A DNA stretch of 64,000 nucleotides, taken from contig CP075492.1 of NCBI GenBank assembly GCA_021613535.1, positions 18,414,001-18,478,000 of the forward strand, in the 5' to 3' direction. The notes below the pieces were generated by a model. The model searched no databases. It was not told the DNA's origin and saw nothing but the letters and a program-made list of their open reading frames with translations. A program made the translations under genes and the position numbers. Numbering within the stretch: position 1 is the stretch's first letter; each line of letters starts with the position of its first letter. This DNA comes from Adineta vaga (taxonomy: Eukaryota > Animalia > Rotifera). Positions 49,065 to 61,380 of the stretch are shown here, piece by piece.

Positions 49065-50768
49065 ATGTGTCAAATGAAATTTGAAGATTTACCGAACGAA
49101 ATTTTACTTGAATGTTTTCAATATCTTAATATTATCGATATATTTCATTCATTTGATCAATTAAATTATCGTTTCAACTCTTTTATTCGAAATATTCCAT
49201 TTAGTTTAAATTTTGAAAATATTGAAAATAAATTTCAATGTGAAGAATTTTGTATGAAATTATCAACCGATCAAACAATTCAAAATCAACTTTATTCATT
49301 ATGTCTATCAAATCAAGATACATGTTATCCAGTTCATTTATTTATTTCAAAATTTTCACTTTTAGAATTTACGTCTCTCCGTTCGTTAACTTTACACAGA
49401 GTGACAAAAAATAATTGGAACTTGATTCAATCAAATGTATTATCAATATCTAAATTATCTTATTTTCGAATGATTGATTGTTCTAGACTATTTGATGATA
49501 AATTTTCTGAATTACTAATGTTAAAATTACAAACATTAATAATACCTTATACAACATTCCCAGAGTTGATTTTAAATATCGAATTTGCATTGCTTATTCA
49601 TCTATCAATTTACGAATGTGAATTTGATGAGTTACTTCTTCTATTAACCAATGCACCAAAACTAAATTATTTGAAAGTCGAACTTATCGACGATCGACTT
49701 CGTTTCATAAACAATGATGTTGAACTCAATAATAGTTCTGCAAACAATCTTAAAACATTACACATTAAAAACTTTCATTATGATATGAATCGTCTCTCTC
49801 TATTATTAAAACGAACACCAAATTTAGAAAATTTAACATTATTCCATGGTGAAAGTGGACTTTCTTATAATTGGCAAAATTTGATAACAAACTCATTATC
49901 TTATTTAAAAAATTTTAAATTCATATTTCTTGTCGAGCGTTCTCCATATTCAGAGATTGATGAACAAAGATTTAAAGAATTTCAAAATGACTGTTGGTTC
50001 AATAAACATCATTGGCATATGGAATATTCGATATCAGAAATCTATACTCTACCATATCCACGTGAAAAATTTAAACTTTTGTTAAATAGTCATAGATATT
50101 ATAATGAATCGTTTAATTATCTTAATACTTTTAAGAATGTCAAATATTTGACACTTGATCCTCAAGTATTAACAGAAAATAATCAAAATTTTTTTCCTAA
50201 TATTGAATCTTTATCGTTGGGAAATCCACATTATTCAGCTAGCCATTGGACGATGGTGAAATCTTCGCATTTAAAATATCTTCAGATAATGGTTCATTTA
50301 TCAAATATCAAACATTTAATTCTATTAAACAATTTTTACTTTGAAACAGCAGATATATTTAAAAAAACATTAAAATCTGCAACACAATTATCATCATTAA
50401 CAATCAATTTATCTTATTTATTAATCTGGTTCAATTCTAATGAATTATCCAAATATTTTAATAAAACTATTCGAAAATTGCAGATCTTTTCTGAACCGAA
50501 CTATTCTTTACATGATTTCTATGTAGAACAATTTTGTAAGATATTTTCCAATCTTGAACAACTCGAATGCAGTTTAAATGATTCACATATTATTTATTTA
50601 ATCAAATATTTACCGAAATTAAAATATATTGGTAATTATATAGATTTCTGACATTATCAAAATTCTTCATTGGTACAACAAATACAAACACTTGCTTTAG
50701 ATATAACTGCTCATGTCGATAATAATGAATACAAACAAAATTTATTCATTTGGATTAATCGAAATTAG
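49065..50768 (+). CDS. F-box/LRR-like protein, intronless; probable late frameshift near 50645 (ORF stops at 50651, family-type end LFIWINRN* at 50768)
   Basis: MKFEDLPNEILLECFQYL F-box; colinear with 3204-5409. Confidence 0.8.
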
Positions 50769-50804
50769 ACAGAAATATTTTAGAATTTTATAGGAACAAT
50801 TTCA

Positions 50805-50875
50805 ATCTTGAGGGTGTGGGTGTGGGTGTAGGATTCATGTTTATCCCACACCCATACACCCCCTCCCCCCAAGAT
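50805..50875. repeat. Telomere-like palindromic element
   Basis: ATCTTGAGGGTGTGGGTGTGGGTGTAGG ... CCCACACCCATACACCCCCTCCCCCCAAGAT. Confidence 0.85.
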
Positions 50876-50989
50876 GAATGTTCATAGTTTGATGAAGAAT
50901 ATGTTGATTTTCTCGAAAAATTTAGCGCATAATTATATCATATCGATGTATATTGAGTAAATAGAGAAACGATTTTCTTGAATAAAAAT
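50875..50989 (+). repeat. 115-bp direct repeat, right copy
   Basis: Matches 48690-48804. Confidence 0.9.
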
Positions 50990-51490
50990 CTTAACACAAT
51001 AAATAAATTTAAATGATATTACATTTAGTGAATATACGATGGATAGTTATGTAGAATGTTGATAATAGCTTATTATACTGATGTAGGGCTTTGTTCTTGC
51101 ATCAAATCTGCAACATATGCTCCTGTCGTTTATGAGTGATAGATTTCGTGATGTATTGAGTATAATCTAAACAACGAATTAACCGATTTTTATTGCTGAT
51201 GGTTCTCGACATATTTTTCCGTGATACTTCGTGATGGATCATTGATTTTCATCAGTCTTATTGGTGTGATTCCTTTAAGATACTTTAGTCTTACTCGTGA
51301 AGTTGAACTTTCTGATTCGACATTTTATGTTTCAATTAATGAACCATGTTCACATATTTCTTTGCAGAGAATTAGATTGAGACGAAGATGGAAATCAAGA
51401 GCATTTCGAAAGGTTCGTTGTACACATGGTTATTAACAACGATTTCAATGAGAGTTAGCGTGTGTAAGGATAAGTATTTAGCAGTCATTG

Positions 51491-54400
51491 TTAATCGATT
51501 GTCAGTTCTATATAGAATTTCTGTATTCGATTATTGTTGCGATCTGCAACATAAAGACTTCCCTGTTGATCGAATGATATACCTTCAGGAGCATTTAATT
51601 GATTCGATTGTTTTCCGGCACCATTGCCGCCAGCAATGATACTGCATTGTGTAGCTTCCTTTGGACATCTCATAATTCGATTATTCTTATGATCAGCTAC
51701 ATAGACTGTTCCTCGTTGATCAACAGCTATACCTAAAGGACCAAAAAGTTGTGTAAGATTACTGCCTGGTCCTTGACCACCTGCTACAATAACGCCTTCT
51801 TTTGCACCTTTGTCCCATCTTGTTACACGATCATTTGCCCATTCAGATACATACACTGAATGATTTCGATCAACAAATATGTAATGTGGAGCATTGAGTT
51901 GATCCGTACGGTTGCCTTTTCCATTTTCACCCGCAACCACTGATCCCACAACATCACCATTACAATATTGTCTCACTGCGTGGTTTGCATAATCCGAAAC
52001 ATAGAGACATCGATTCTCATCCATGGCTAAACCGATGCAACTAATGTTTGAGATAATTACTTCTCTATTGGTAACATTATTGCCAAGAAACCATCGAACT
52101 ACTCTGTCATTCTTAAAATCCGAGACGATGATACTGTTTGTCTGTGTATCATAAATCACATCTTGAGGATAATTTAATTGATGAGTTCCATTACCAAGAC
52201 CATTTCCACCAGCGACCACTCGGCCGCTTGTTGCATTATATTTCCATTCTGTAACCTGCTGAAGATTTCGATCAGTAGAATAAATAGTTTGATTTTTATC
52301 GGCATATAATCCACTTGGCGTATTGAATGGCGTGCTTCCATTTCCTCCGACAATGGTGACACCGTTCGGATTCCATTTTGCAGTCAAAGGAATGTCAATA
52401 GCTGGTGCTCGCATTGGTATTACTAGCAATAGACAAAAGTACATTTCACTTACAAAAAAGGCATAGACGACAGTGAGACAAGTTGTTAAAGAGTCAATCT
52501 AGATTTTGATACGATAATATGCATATAGATTATTTACTCACCAGATTCGAGCATTGTTGTTAATGTTGTACTTTCAGTACTTGTTATTGTTGACATGGTT
52601 GTGACTGACTCTGTGGTTATTGAAATGCTTGTGTTCGGCACTACAATAAATCCAATGAAAGAAGAAAATTTTAAAGAGAAAATTAAAAGAAATCAGCTAA
52701 TTATTTTCATGCTTTCTTTTATTTTTGCTTCTTCTTCTTCTTCTAATTCCGTATTCATGCATTGTGTCGCCGAAATTATTAAGAAAACGCATTCTATCAT
52801 ATAGTACTATATCGCATTGTCGTCTTATATATTTTCTTAACAGTTACTTTCGTGAAATTATGATATACAAGAGTGAAATTTTTACGGTAGGATAAAGTTC
52901 ACAATAAGAAAAAATAAGTTACTGTCAAAATTAAGAATGTAAATGTATATTACCTGTTTCTGGATTGGTTACTGTACAGTTTAATCCTATGCAATTGTGA
53001 GAATTCTATATTTGAACATTTGATGCACGAAGAACACTAAGACTCACAGGCAAGCAGATACTAGCTGCTACAAAAATAACGGTGAACGCTATAATGCCGA
53101 GTTTCCATCCAGGGACAGAGGCCAGTTTATGTACCAAAGATAACGGATAATTCGCTGTATTCTGAACTGTTTCTGCAACATATTGGCTGCTGTTATCCGT
53201 TGTTGTATTCTGCTTTGTGTCTGTGGGCTGTGGGTTGTTGTTATTTGATTTGGCATCAATTTGTGGAGTTTCCGATGCAAAAAGCTTTGCAAGTTTTGAT
53301 ATATTATCATTTACTACTTTTAGTTTAACTATCTGTATGTTATCCTCTACTCTATATTCAATTTTATTAAGCAGGAAGACTGTGCAAACACTAAATAACA
53401 CTTCCTGTTCATCTTCCCCACGGTCAGATATATCAGCGAATACAACATTTTTAAAAGCATAATCCGTTTTAATTTCAAATATTACCGATACACCTCCCTT
53501 TGATTCACATCCAGCAAATATTTTTGCGACTTCGAAATCTTTTGAGCTTGATAAAAATCCACTAAATGCAACCAGTTTACCTATATTATTCTCTACTTCA
53601 CTAAAATCTAATTTGTTCGTGTATTTAACGCCACGATAAACTATGATTGATTTTTTTGATTGTGCTTTGCCATTTAGTTCTCGAAGACGTTCATGCAAAT
53701 CATTGATAACAAATCCATATGGACAAATTTGTTGTATCTCTGGTGATCTAAGTGCGGTATTGAGACAATGATATAGAAAACACTCTCTTTTATACCATGT
53801 AATCGCTTGCGAACTATTGTAGTCATCTCTGAACTTCTGAATCTGTTCCATCTGTGCGTTATTTTCCGAATAACATTTCATACAATCGGAGAGCATTGTT
53901 TCTTTGCCATCTTTTGGATAAAAATGTGGATCATCCTTGCATACTTTTATCATATTTGTGTACCATATAAATAGTTTATAATCGTCTGTTAAACTAAACA
54001 TAAATTTATATTTTTGACCCTTTATTTCGAAATATGTTGGTGATATTAATTCATTTCTAATAACTTGTTCTAATGAAGATTGAGTAGTGCAGACTTCAAC
54101 CAGTTTTCCGATAATGTGCCATAAATGTTTGCATTTACTGTAATTAGAAGTAAATATAAATAATGCCGAAATTTTTCGTAATAGTGTGGACTTTTGGTTC
54201 CAGCGCATGTTTTCAGCAACAGATCCCGACATAATAACTATAATAATTTCCTTTGGTTTAAGCCAATTTTCCATTTCTTCGATGAATTTATCCAATTTAG
54301 TATATGACTCATGATTAGCGTATTTCATGTCCTTGAACTTGATTATCAAGTTGTCATATGTCGATGATATGGAAATTGGATCAATAGTTTCCTCATATAC

Positions 54401-54505
54401 CCATATGAAAGTTATATCATTATTACTCTCCAATGTTGTTGCTGCAGATGTCGTTTCGAGAGTTTCATTCGCTAATGGTCGATATGAATTGGTAATTGTA
54501 GCCAT
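51491..54505 (-). CDS. Receptor-like ART-TM-stalk-NHL protein; exons 52954-54505, 52542-52640, 51491-52422; single in-frame TAG at 53006-53008
   Basis: ART motifs VYRGV, GFLSSS, EQEVLF; TM LGIIAFTVIFVAASICLPVSL; frame stays open past TAG to a phase-1 donor, then a 99-nt Thr/Ser exon, then the NHL exon in frame. Confidence 0.75.
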
Positions 54506-55276
54506 TCTTAATAAAAATTGTAAGTACAATACAATGTCATAATGATAATAATCTGAAACATTGAAACAGGATACAAACCCTCATCCATAATCACTTCCTT
54601 TTTTTTATCAAAAGCACATATATATTTTAGAGGTGGAGAGCTTGACGCGTCCTGTATGAAAAACAAAGAGAGAAGAGTCATTACAAACAAGATAAAAAGG
54701 AAAATAAAAAGTGATTAAGCGCATATGTGATATTTATACAGGTATACGGTTGGTTTTTACCAACAAGACACTTCACGTTTTTGAATTAGTATCGAACATA
54801 TAGTTTATCGCTTCAGTTGATTTATTAAACCTTCGTCCTTTTTATTTTCTTATGCACGAACCTTAATGAATAGCTCGATTAAACTTCGAAAATGAGATAA
54901 AAGTATAGTTGGTTGTTTTTACAAATCATTGTTTCAAATCTTTGATGATCGAAGACTATCAGTTGTAATCATAATGTTTTCTTTTGAAAATAATATTTTC
55001 TATTTCTTTTCGTGAATGTCTATGGATAATGAATATAAGAATGTACAATTCTGGAAATAAACTTCCATTCATTATTTAATTTCTAATGATATGAATAGGA
55101 AGTATTTGAAAAAATATTTTCAATCGTCCTTTATTACCCAATCTGTCAACAGAATTGCAACACACATTAATTAAACACAATGACAAGATCGAAAAACGCT
55201 TATATTATCGTGTTTACGTTTATTTTTTGGGTAGAAATCAGTAAAAATACATTATAACTTGGTTTTTTCCAACTAC

Positions 55277-55339
55277 GAGGGTGAGAGTAAATTTTCTCTC
55301 GTCGCACACCGCCACCGACGCTCTCACCTACACCCTCAA
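55277..55339. repeat. Telomere-like palindromic element (further copies at 55739-55794 and 56150-56195)
   Basis: GAGGGTGAGAGT ... CTCTCACCTACACCCTCAA. Confidence 0.65.
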
Positions 55340-56395
55340 ACGAATTAGAACATCCTAATATTTGCTACATGTTGTTCAGTTTTGTTTGATGAACGATGAA
55401 ACATCGCAATGACAACAGGTGAAGCTAATGTATATCATATAAACGATTTCTATTGAACAGTTTTGTAATCTACAAATTGACTTCGATCGTGGCTAACTTA
55501 GTCAAAGAAAAGGTAATTTTTTTATCTTTAAAAGCTGTGAGTACATGTTTTACGACTGAAAATGCCATATTTTGTCCTTCAAAACGCTAGATCAGTTCTG
55601 AATGTTCAGATAGGCATGCACTCATCAGGTTCTCGCATTCGCGTGTCAGAATGATGTTTATTGTCTTTTGTTTATTCGTTATAGAGAAGTTATCTGATAT
55701 GAAATTTCACTTGAAAGGAGCTAAGTTATGCTGGCAGTTTGAGGGGTGATAATGAGGGTGTGAATAGTATGCTTTTTTAACACCCACATCCTTATTTCGA
55801 GGTTTGTTATATGTGTTATTCATTTTCAAATTTGCATTATTCGCAAGTGTGTTGAATATTACAGAAGTGCTATTAAAATTTAATTTTTATTAATTATTGA
55901 AATGAATACAAAGAAGAAGAGAGTAGAGATAGATATGGACATGAGAAATAAACTATACAAATGAATCCGGCTGATCATCAGTCATCATCTTATTAGATAT
56001 GTTCGTTTGGAACGAATTTTCTTCATCATAGTTGGTTCAAGTAGCAAAACAGTAATTTCCGCCTGTACATGTAGCATCCAGTTCAAAATAATCACCGAAT
56101 ATTTTATCACATTTTGGATATAAACTACTATGAGATGTTGTAGTTAGCTTTGGGTGGGTGTAGATCTCCCCTATATATTCACACCCACACTCTTGAACTA
56201 ACAGATGAAGAATCACAGAGATATCGAAAAGAAAAATGAACAAAGATATGAAAATATCTTTTTAGTCAACGTTTTTTTAATGTCAATTCATCATCATCAT
56301 CGCCGACGATAAAAACAATAGTTCAGCTGAGTTTATTAATGATAAAAATGGATGAACCTTGAGGAAAAAAACTTAAATTTTAATATGAATTTCGT

Positions 56396-57370
56396 TTATC
56401 GAATAGATTTCTGTCGAAGAATATTTGAAATTGGAATAACTTTTGTTTTTCGACGATGAAAATGAATTTGATTATAGATTTGTGGTGTTATATAAATTAA
56501 AGCTAAACTTAAGGTTAAAACACATATTGATACACTTAAGACAAGAATACGATAAAAACAAAAGACAAGTTCATTTGTAAACGCTAATAGAATGAGCATA
56601 ATCACAGTTGGGAGACCAAAAATACCTAATAGAATAATTATTAATATAATACGACGAATAACAAGAACATCTCGATCTCGAGATCTTTTCATTTGAGAAA
56701 GATTTTCATTTCCAGTTGATTTATTTAAAAATCGAGTAAGGTGAAAATAGATTAATGTTATACATACGAAAGGAATTCCATAAACTGTTAAGATTGAATA
56801 TATAATACTTAAAGAATCATCTTTTGGAACAAGACAAACATTTTCAGTAGGAATCAATCGATGACCATGCCAAAGTAAAAGGGGAAGATTTATTAAAAAA
56901 GAAAATAACCAAATAAATGGAATTATTAGCCAATATGTATGATAACTGGAAAGATTTTGTCGAGAAGTATAAACAATACGACAAAGACGAAATATTGCCT
57001 GAAAAAAAAGCAAAGATTTTGATTCTAAAAAAACTATGAATAAATTCTTTTTTACTTGTAAAATAAATGCTTGGTAAACCGATGAAATAAATCCATAGAA
57101 AATAAATGTATGAATTCGACAAGTAAATGTTTCTTTTTCATCATTAAATTCTTTTAAATCACCTTGAAACATTCGAATATTAACTGTTAATGTTAAAATA
57201 CCAAGAAGAAATAATAAAATATAATTATTTGTCGAAAGAAGTAATTGAACTTCATAAAGACTTTTTCGTCGAAATAAAATACATTTTAATATAAATATTG
57301 TTATAATTGTTCCAATTATTGTAATCAAAGATGAGAGTAAATTTACTATGAATGATGTTTTGTTATCCAT
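56396..57370 (-). CDS. Orphan rhodopsin-like GPCR with a probable frame-preserving 57-nt intron (56999-57055)
   Basis: 7TM; removing gtaaaa...tttcag restores TM3 QAFILQAIFRL. Confidence 0.8.
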   Translation of the reverse strand: MDNKTSFIVNLLSSLITIIGTIITIFILKCILFRRKSLYEVQLLLSTNNYILLFLLGILTLTVNIRMFQGDLKEFNDEKETFTCRIHTFIFYGFISSVYQAFILQVKKNLFIVFLESKSLLFFQAIFRLCRIVYTSRQNLSSYHTYWLIIPFIWLFSFLINLPLLLWHGHRLIPTENVCLVPKDDSLSIIYSILTVYGIPFVCITLIYFHLTRFLNKSTGNENLSQMKRSRDRDVLVIRRIILIIILLGIFGLPTVIMLILLAFTNELVFCFYRILVLSVSICVLTLSLALIYITPQIYNQIHFHRRKTKVIPISNILRQKSIR

Positions 57371-57649
57371 TGAAATCAGAAATGATCGAGATATTATTTT
57401 ATCTATCTTATTCTTGGAATTTAATTATCTTAAAAGCTTTATCTTTCTTTTCTCTTCTCAAACAAAAATCTATTTATAATATATTCATTAAGGATAGGGT
57501 TTTTTTCTTCTATTTCTCAATGCTTATAGCAACGTTGAGAAAATCTATTGAAAACATTTTCTTATTCTGAAACATATCTGTAATTAATAAATATGCGTCG
57601 TGATTAAGTGTTTCAAATCTTAAATTTAACGAAAGTAGAATGAAAGTAT

Positions 57650-58150
57650 GAACGTCATTCACATCCTTCTACTTCAAAGAGCATTTTACTCTATATACAT
57701 GCTACACTAAATGTTCGGTGCAAAATTTCATCTTTTGATTCCATTTTTTGAAAGGTCTTTTAATATCCATAACAAGGTATTGAATTGAGCTAAACTTGTA
57801 GTACTGGGATATGTATTGAGATTACGTTTGAGAGAGTTGAATTGAATAATTAATGAACCATTCGTCATAAAAAATAGCAAACATCGTTCCCTTTTCAAAT
57901 TGTTGTCTTCGAACTTCTAAAGGAGGACTATCATTCCACATGTTGAAAGTTCCGGCCCGAAATTGGTCGTACAATTTCCGTCTGTTTCCTACAATAAAAA
58001 CTACACAACTCTAGCCGAAGATGCTGAATGCTCTGATTTCAAGAAATTATCTTCCATCGTTATAATACTTCATATTTAATCTGGCTTTTACCTTGAAGTA
58101 ATGCGCTCAAATGAATTATATTTAATTAAAAATCAGACTTTCTAATAACT
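57650..58150 (-). mobile_element. Possible highly degraded mariner-type transposase remnant
   Basis: Broken frames give ITSR*, SPPLEVRRQQFEKGTMFAIF(F)MTNG, reminiscent of mariner segments; no TIRs found. Confidence 0.3.
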
Positions 58151-58269
58151 ATAACGGAAGGATTTGCGCCGATCATAAACGAAACTCAAAAGATTAGCTT
58201 TCAATAAATCTTTGAGAAAGAGACGACTCTAGATATAACTTAATTTCTACAGGACTATCTATAGAAGAT

Positions 58270-58332
58270 TTTGATGGTGTGGCTCTCCCTCCTATATAGT
58301 CACATCCTTATCTACACCCACGCCCTCTAGAT
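58270..58332. repeat. Telomere-like palindromic element, degenerate
   Basis: TTGATGGTGTGG ... TCTACACCCACGCCCTCTAGAT, ~80 bp past the stop of 58411-61380. Confidence 0.6.
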
Positions 58333-58410
58333 GGATTTATCATATTACTGTTTAAGATGATATATTTTATTATAAAAGTAATGAACCAATTAAAAAATAT
58401 TGTTGATAGT

Positions 58411-61380
58411 TTAAAGAATAAATTGGATGATTGCTATGATGATCATGCCATAAATCATAGTTGAACCGAAACGTAAACCATCTCCAGCACTATTCAATTC
58501 ATCTTGATGCACTAATTCTGCATATGTTTGCCATTCGTTGACATTCTCTTGAAAATCTTCATGAAAGTCACTCATAGTCTGATCGTTAGTGATCAAAATA
58601 TCATAGACACATTGTTCACGTCCTTTTTCACTAGGAATTTTCTGACAATTTGCATTAGCTAGTGTATAACGAGGTGTATCTTCATATCGTTGGAGCAGTT
58701 CTTCACGGAAAATTGGACGATAATGTATATTTTGATGTGTCGAATAACTTTGTCCTGGATTGTATTGAAAAAGTGTACGCTCTGGTTTTACACGCCATGA
58801 TTGACCAAAAACAAAGATTCGTTCTTCACTTTTTTGTTCTGTCAAATTCAATGCTGTATGATCATCTTGAAAAATGAATTCATTCGTTTTATCTCCATCC
58901 ATATTTCCTAATAGACCACGACAGCGTTTCTCATAAGATTTTGGTAGAATACTAACAAGATTTAGAAAGTCATATTCGTCACGAATGTTAATTATGAATT
59001 GAACAGCATTAGAATATGTGATCTTAAATGTTGTTCGATTGCTTTGAGAAATAGACATGTGATTATCATCAAATTGAATTGTTCGACCTAGTCTCATCAA
59101 AACTTTGTATGTTTCTTCGTCTAAATTTTCGATTGTACTAGGATTATAAAACGTATCGGAATCAAGAGGTTGATTATTGACTCGAATTTCCAATAATTTC
59201 AATCGTTGAAATAATTCGAATTGTATCTTTGAATAATTTCCATTTTGAATAACAAACGCAACGATAGCTGTTGCTTTGTTATCTTCTGAATCGGACTCAA
59301 TTGATTTTGTTCGAATTTGAACTTCAATCATTTGAGAACTAGTCGAAGCAGATCCTTGAAATAAAACATATTCTCCGTAGCCATTGAATGTGTACTCAAT
59401 ATCGTCAAAAGTTATAAAATGAGGATCACCATTACCACCACTTGGAACAGGAAGTGGAACATTTTCACAAGTAAATGATGGTCGTTGTGAATGATATTTT
59501 CTGCAAGATTCTGGTCGTACTTGAGTGATAATCGATGGAAGTTTACAGCATACCCAGGCGAGTAATTGATCGAAAAGAACATGTTTAATTTGTTGAATGA
59601 TCGATCCACTTGACTTTGTTTGCACTTCGAGACCACCAGCTCCTGCTTCTGGATTCGTTAGTAATAAACCGTTGCTATCATAACAACATTTCATTCCTGG
59701 ACCAGTTGGTTGAAACGACCGACGATAACAGTGATTGGCACCTCGATTATTGATGCATGTATTAATTTTATGTGCACTACATGAAGAATCTGTTTGAAAA
59801 TTATTAAAAGTTAAGGGAAAACGATTTTGACCAGTGGCTGGTACTCGACATGGACATCGTGGTACTTCCAATTCATAAGTGGATGGCGCTGGTAATTGAG
59901 GTAGTTTCTCTTGCCACTTTTCACACAAATCTCTAGTCTTTTTCACTGCTTTGAGAGAATACTTGATCAACTTATAGGCTAAGCGTAAGTATGGTGGCGC
60001 AAACTTCATTAAAATTCCTATTCGAAGATCAAATAAGGTTATTGCAATATTATCAATATCGAACCGAGTTGTGGAATGTTGAAATATGTCTTCATAACGA
60101 ATTGTTAAATTGTCTAAAGCTGACAAATTGACCGATGTATAGAGAATCTGTTCTCGAGGAACAATACGAATTAACTCATAATTTTCCGTAAAAATTGATT
60201 CGTAATACGTTATAATAATACTAAAATTATAGTTTTTTGTTACTGAATCTTTTTTGAAACGTACAGTAAATGTATCATTGGTATCTATTTCAATCAAAGA
60301 ATCATACGTGCTGGTTGAACTTTCGATGAGAAGTTCAGAATTATCTTCGACAACATCAACAAGAAATTTTGTTTGACCGACTAATTCATTTCGAAGATTA
60401 AAAATTTCCATGGAAACAGATGGCCCATTGAAGATGATCGGCATTATGCATGTGATAGAATTGAATGTCACAGTACAGTTCGAAATTGTTTGACCATCTA
60501 TTTTGACAATATAATTTAATTCATCGAAACAAATACCATAAAATCGAACTTCATAACCTCCATAAGTGGAACCTCGGAAAGGTGCGACTTGCAAACCATT
60601 TGTTGTATTGCATGCAACATTAGTTATGTCACCACCAATGGCAAAGATAAATCGGCCGGGATATGCTACATTCGAATCATTAACAATACTCAATACTTCT
60701 GATGTAAAAGATTTTTCAATTACAAAAGAATTATTCATGTCACCTGCATTAAAACCTGCTTGAGCATGGATATTGCTGGACGCGGAACCATAAGACCATT
60801 GAAGCTGCTCGTAGTTGTAAATTGCAAAAGAATTAATACCATTCGTCGTTACAATAGCTTGAAATGTATTTCGAAAACTCACTGAAAGTCCATAGCCCGG
60901 TACTCGATCCCACGTCACTACGAAAGCCCATATAGAACGATGGGCGATTTGACCGGGAAATCCATTTACTATCATACGGTCGATCTCACCCAAAGTTGAT
61001 GGATCGATTATTTGACGATAGAAAATATTACTTATTGAATCTTCCCTTGTGATGATATCTGCCCAAAATGGTGCCACACAAATGATATTGTCAACGGGAA
61101 AACGTTGTGGTTTATAATCAATACCCTGATAGGACCGATTACCGAACAGAATTAATCCATTGATTTCAATTTTAATCTCATCATATAATTGATTAAAAAA
61201 TGGAAAACGTATGGGAATGTAGATCGGTGCAGAAACAGCATCATCATCACGAAACATTCGCTCGTCACCTTGATCATTACCAAATGGAATTAATTTACCT
61301 GATGTAAAATTACTAGTCGTTGTTTGACCAAAAATCGTTTTGATGAATAAAATGATCAGAAGAAAATGAAGTCTTTCCAT
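58411..61380 (-). CDS. NIDO-IPT-AMOP-VWD extracellular protein (SUSD2/Mesh/MUC4-like), probable GPI anchor, intronless
   Basis: VAPFWAD, NTFQAIV, AGFNAGD (NIDO); CPC...CCYD (AMOP); GDPHFITFD...GLLGN (VWD). Confidence 0.88.
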   Translation of the reverse strand: MERLHFLLIILFIKTIFGQTTTSNFTSGKLIPFGNDQGDERMFRDDDAVSAPIYIPIRFPFFNQLYDEIKIEINGLILFGNRSYQGIDYKPQRFPVDNIICVAPFWADIITREDSISNIFYRQIIDPSTLGEIDRMIVNGFPGQIAHRSIWAFVVTWDRVPGYGLSVSFRNTFQAIVTTNGINSFAIYNYEQLQWSYGSASSNIHAQAGFNAGDMNNSFVIEKSFTSEVLSIVNDSNVAYPGRFIFAIGGDITNVACNTTNGLQVAPFRGSTYGGYEVRFYGICFDELNYIVKIDGQTISNCTVTFNSITCIMPIIFNGPSVSMEIFNLRNELVGQTKFLVDVVEDNSELLIESSTSTYDSLIEIDTNDTFTVRFKKDSVTKNYNFSIIITYYESIFTENYELIRIVPREQILYTSVNLSALDNLTIRYEDIFQHSTTRFDIDNIAITLFDLRIGILMKFAPPYLRLAYKLIKYSLKAVKKTRDLCEKWQEKLPQLPAPSTYELEVPRCPCRVPATGQNRFPLTFNNFQTDSSCSAHKINTCINNRGANHCYRRSFQPTGPGMKCCYDSNGLLLTNPEAGAGGLEVQTKSSGSIIQQIKHVLFDQLLAWVCCKLPSIITQVRPESCRKYHSQRPSFTCENVPLPVPSGGNGDPHFITFDDIEYTFNGYGEYVLFQGSASTSSQMIEVQIRTKSIESDSEDNKATAIVAFVIQNGNYSKIQFELFQRLKLLEIRVNNQPLDSDTFYNPSTIENLDEETYKVLMRLGRTIQFDDNHMSISQSNRTTFKITYSNAVQFIINIRDEYDFLNLVSILPKSYEKRCRGLLGNMDGDKTNEFIFQDDHTALNLTEQKSEERIFVFGQSWRVKPERTLFQYNPGQSYSTHQNIHYRPIFREELLQRYEDTPRYTLANANCQKIPSEKGREQCVYDILITNDQTMSDFHEDFQENVNEWQTYAELVHQDELNSAGDGLRFGSTMIYGMIIIAIIQFIL

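Noticed and set aside
52595-52804. Plus-strand ORF, or a separate first exon for the NHL gene
   Set aside because: Region is better explained as an intron plus the minus-strand stalk exon; the alternative minus-strand ATG frame hits TGA.
56037-56243. 68-aa Cys-containing ORF
   Set aside because: Non-ATG start and spans a palindromic element; at most a gene scrap.
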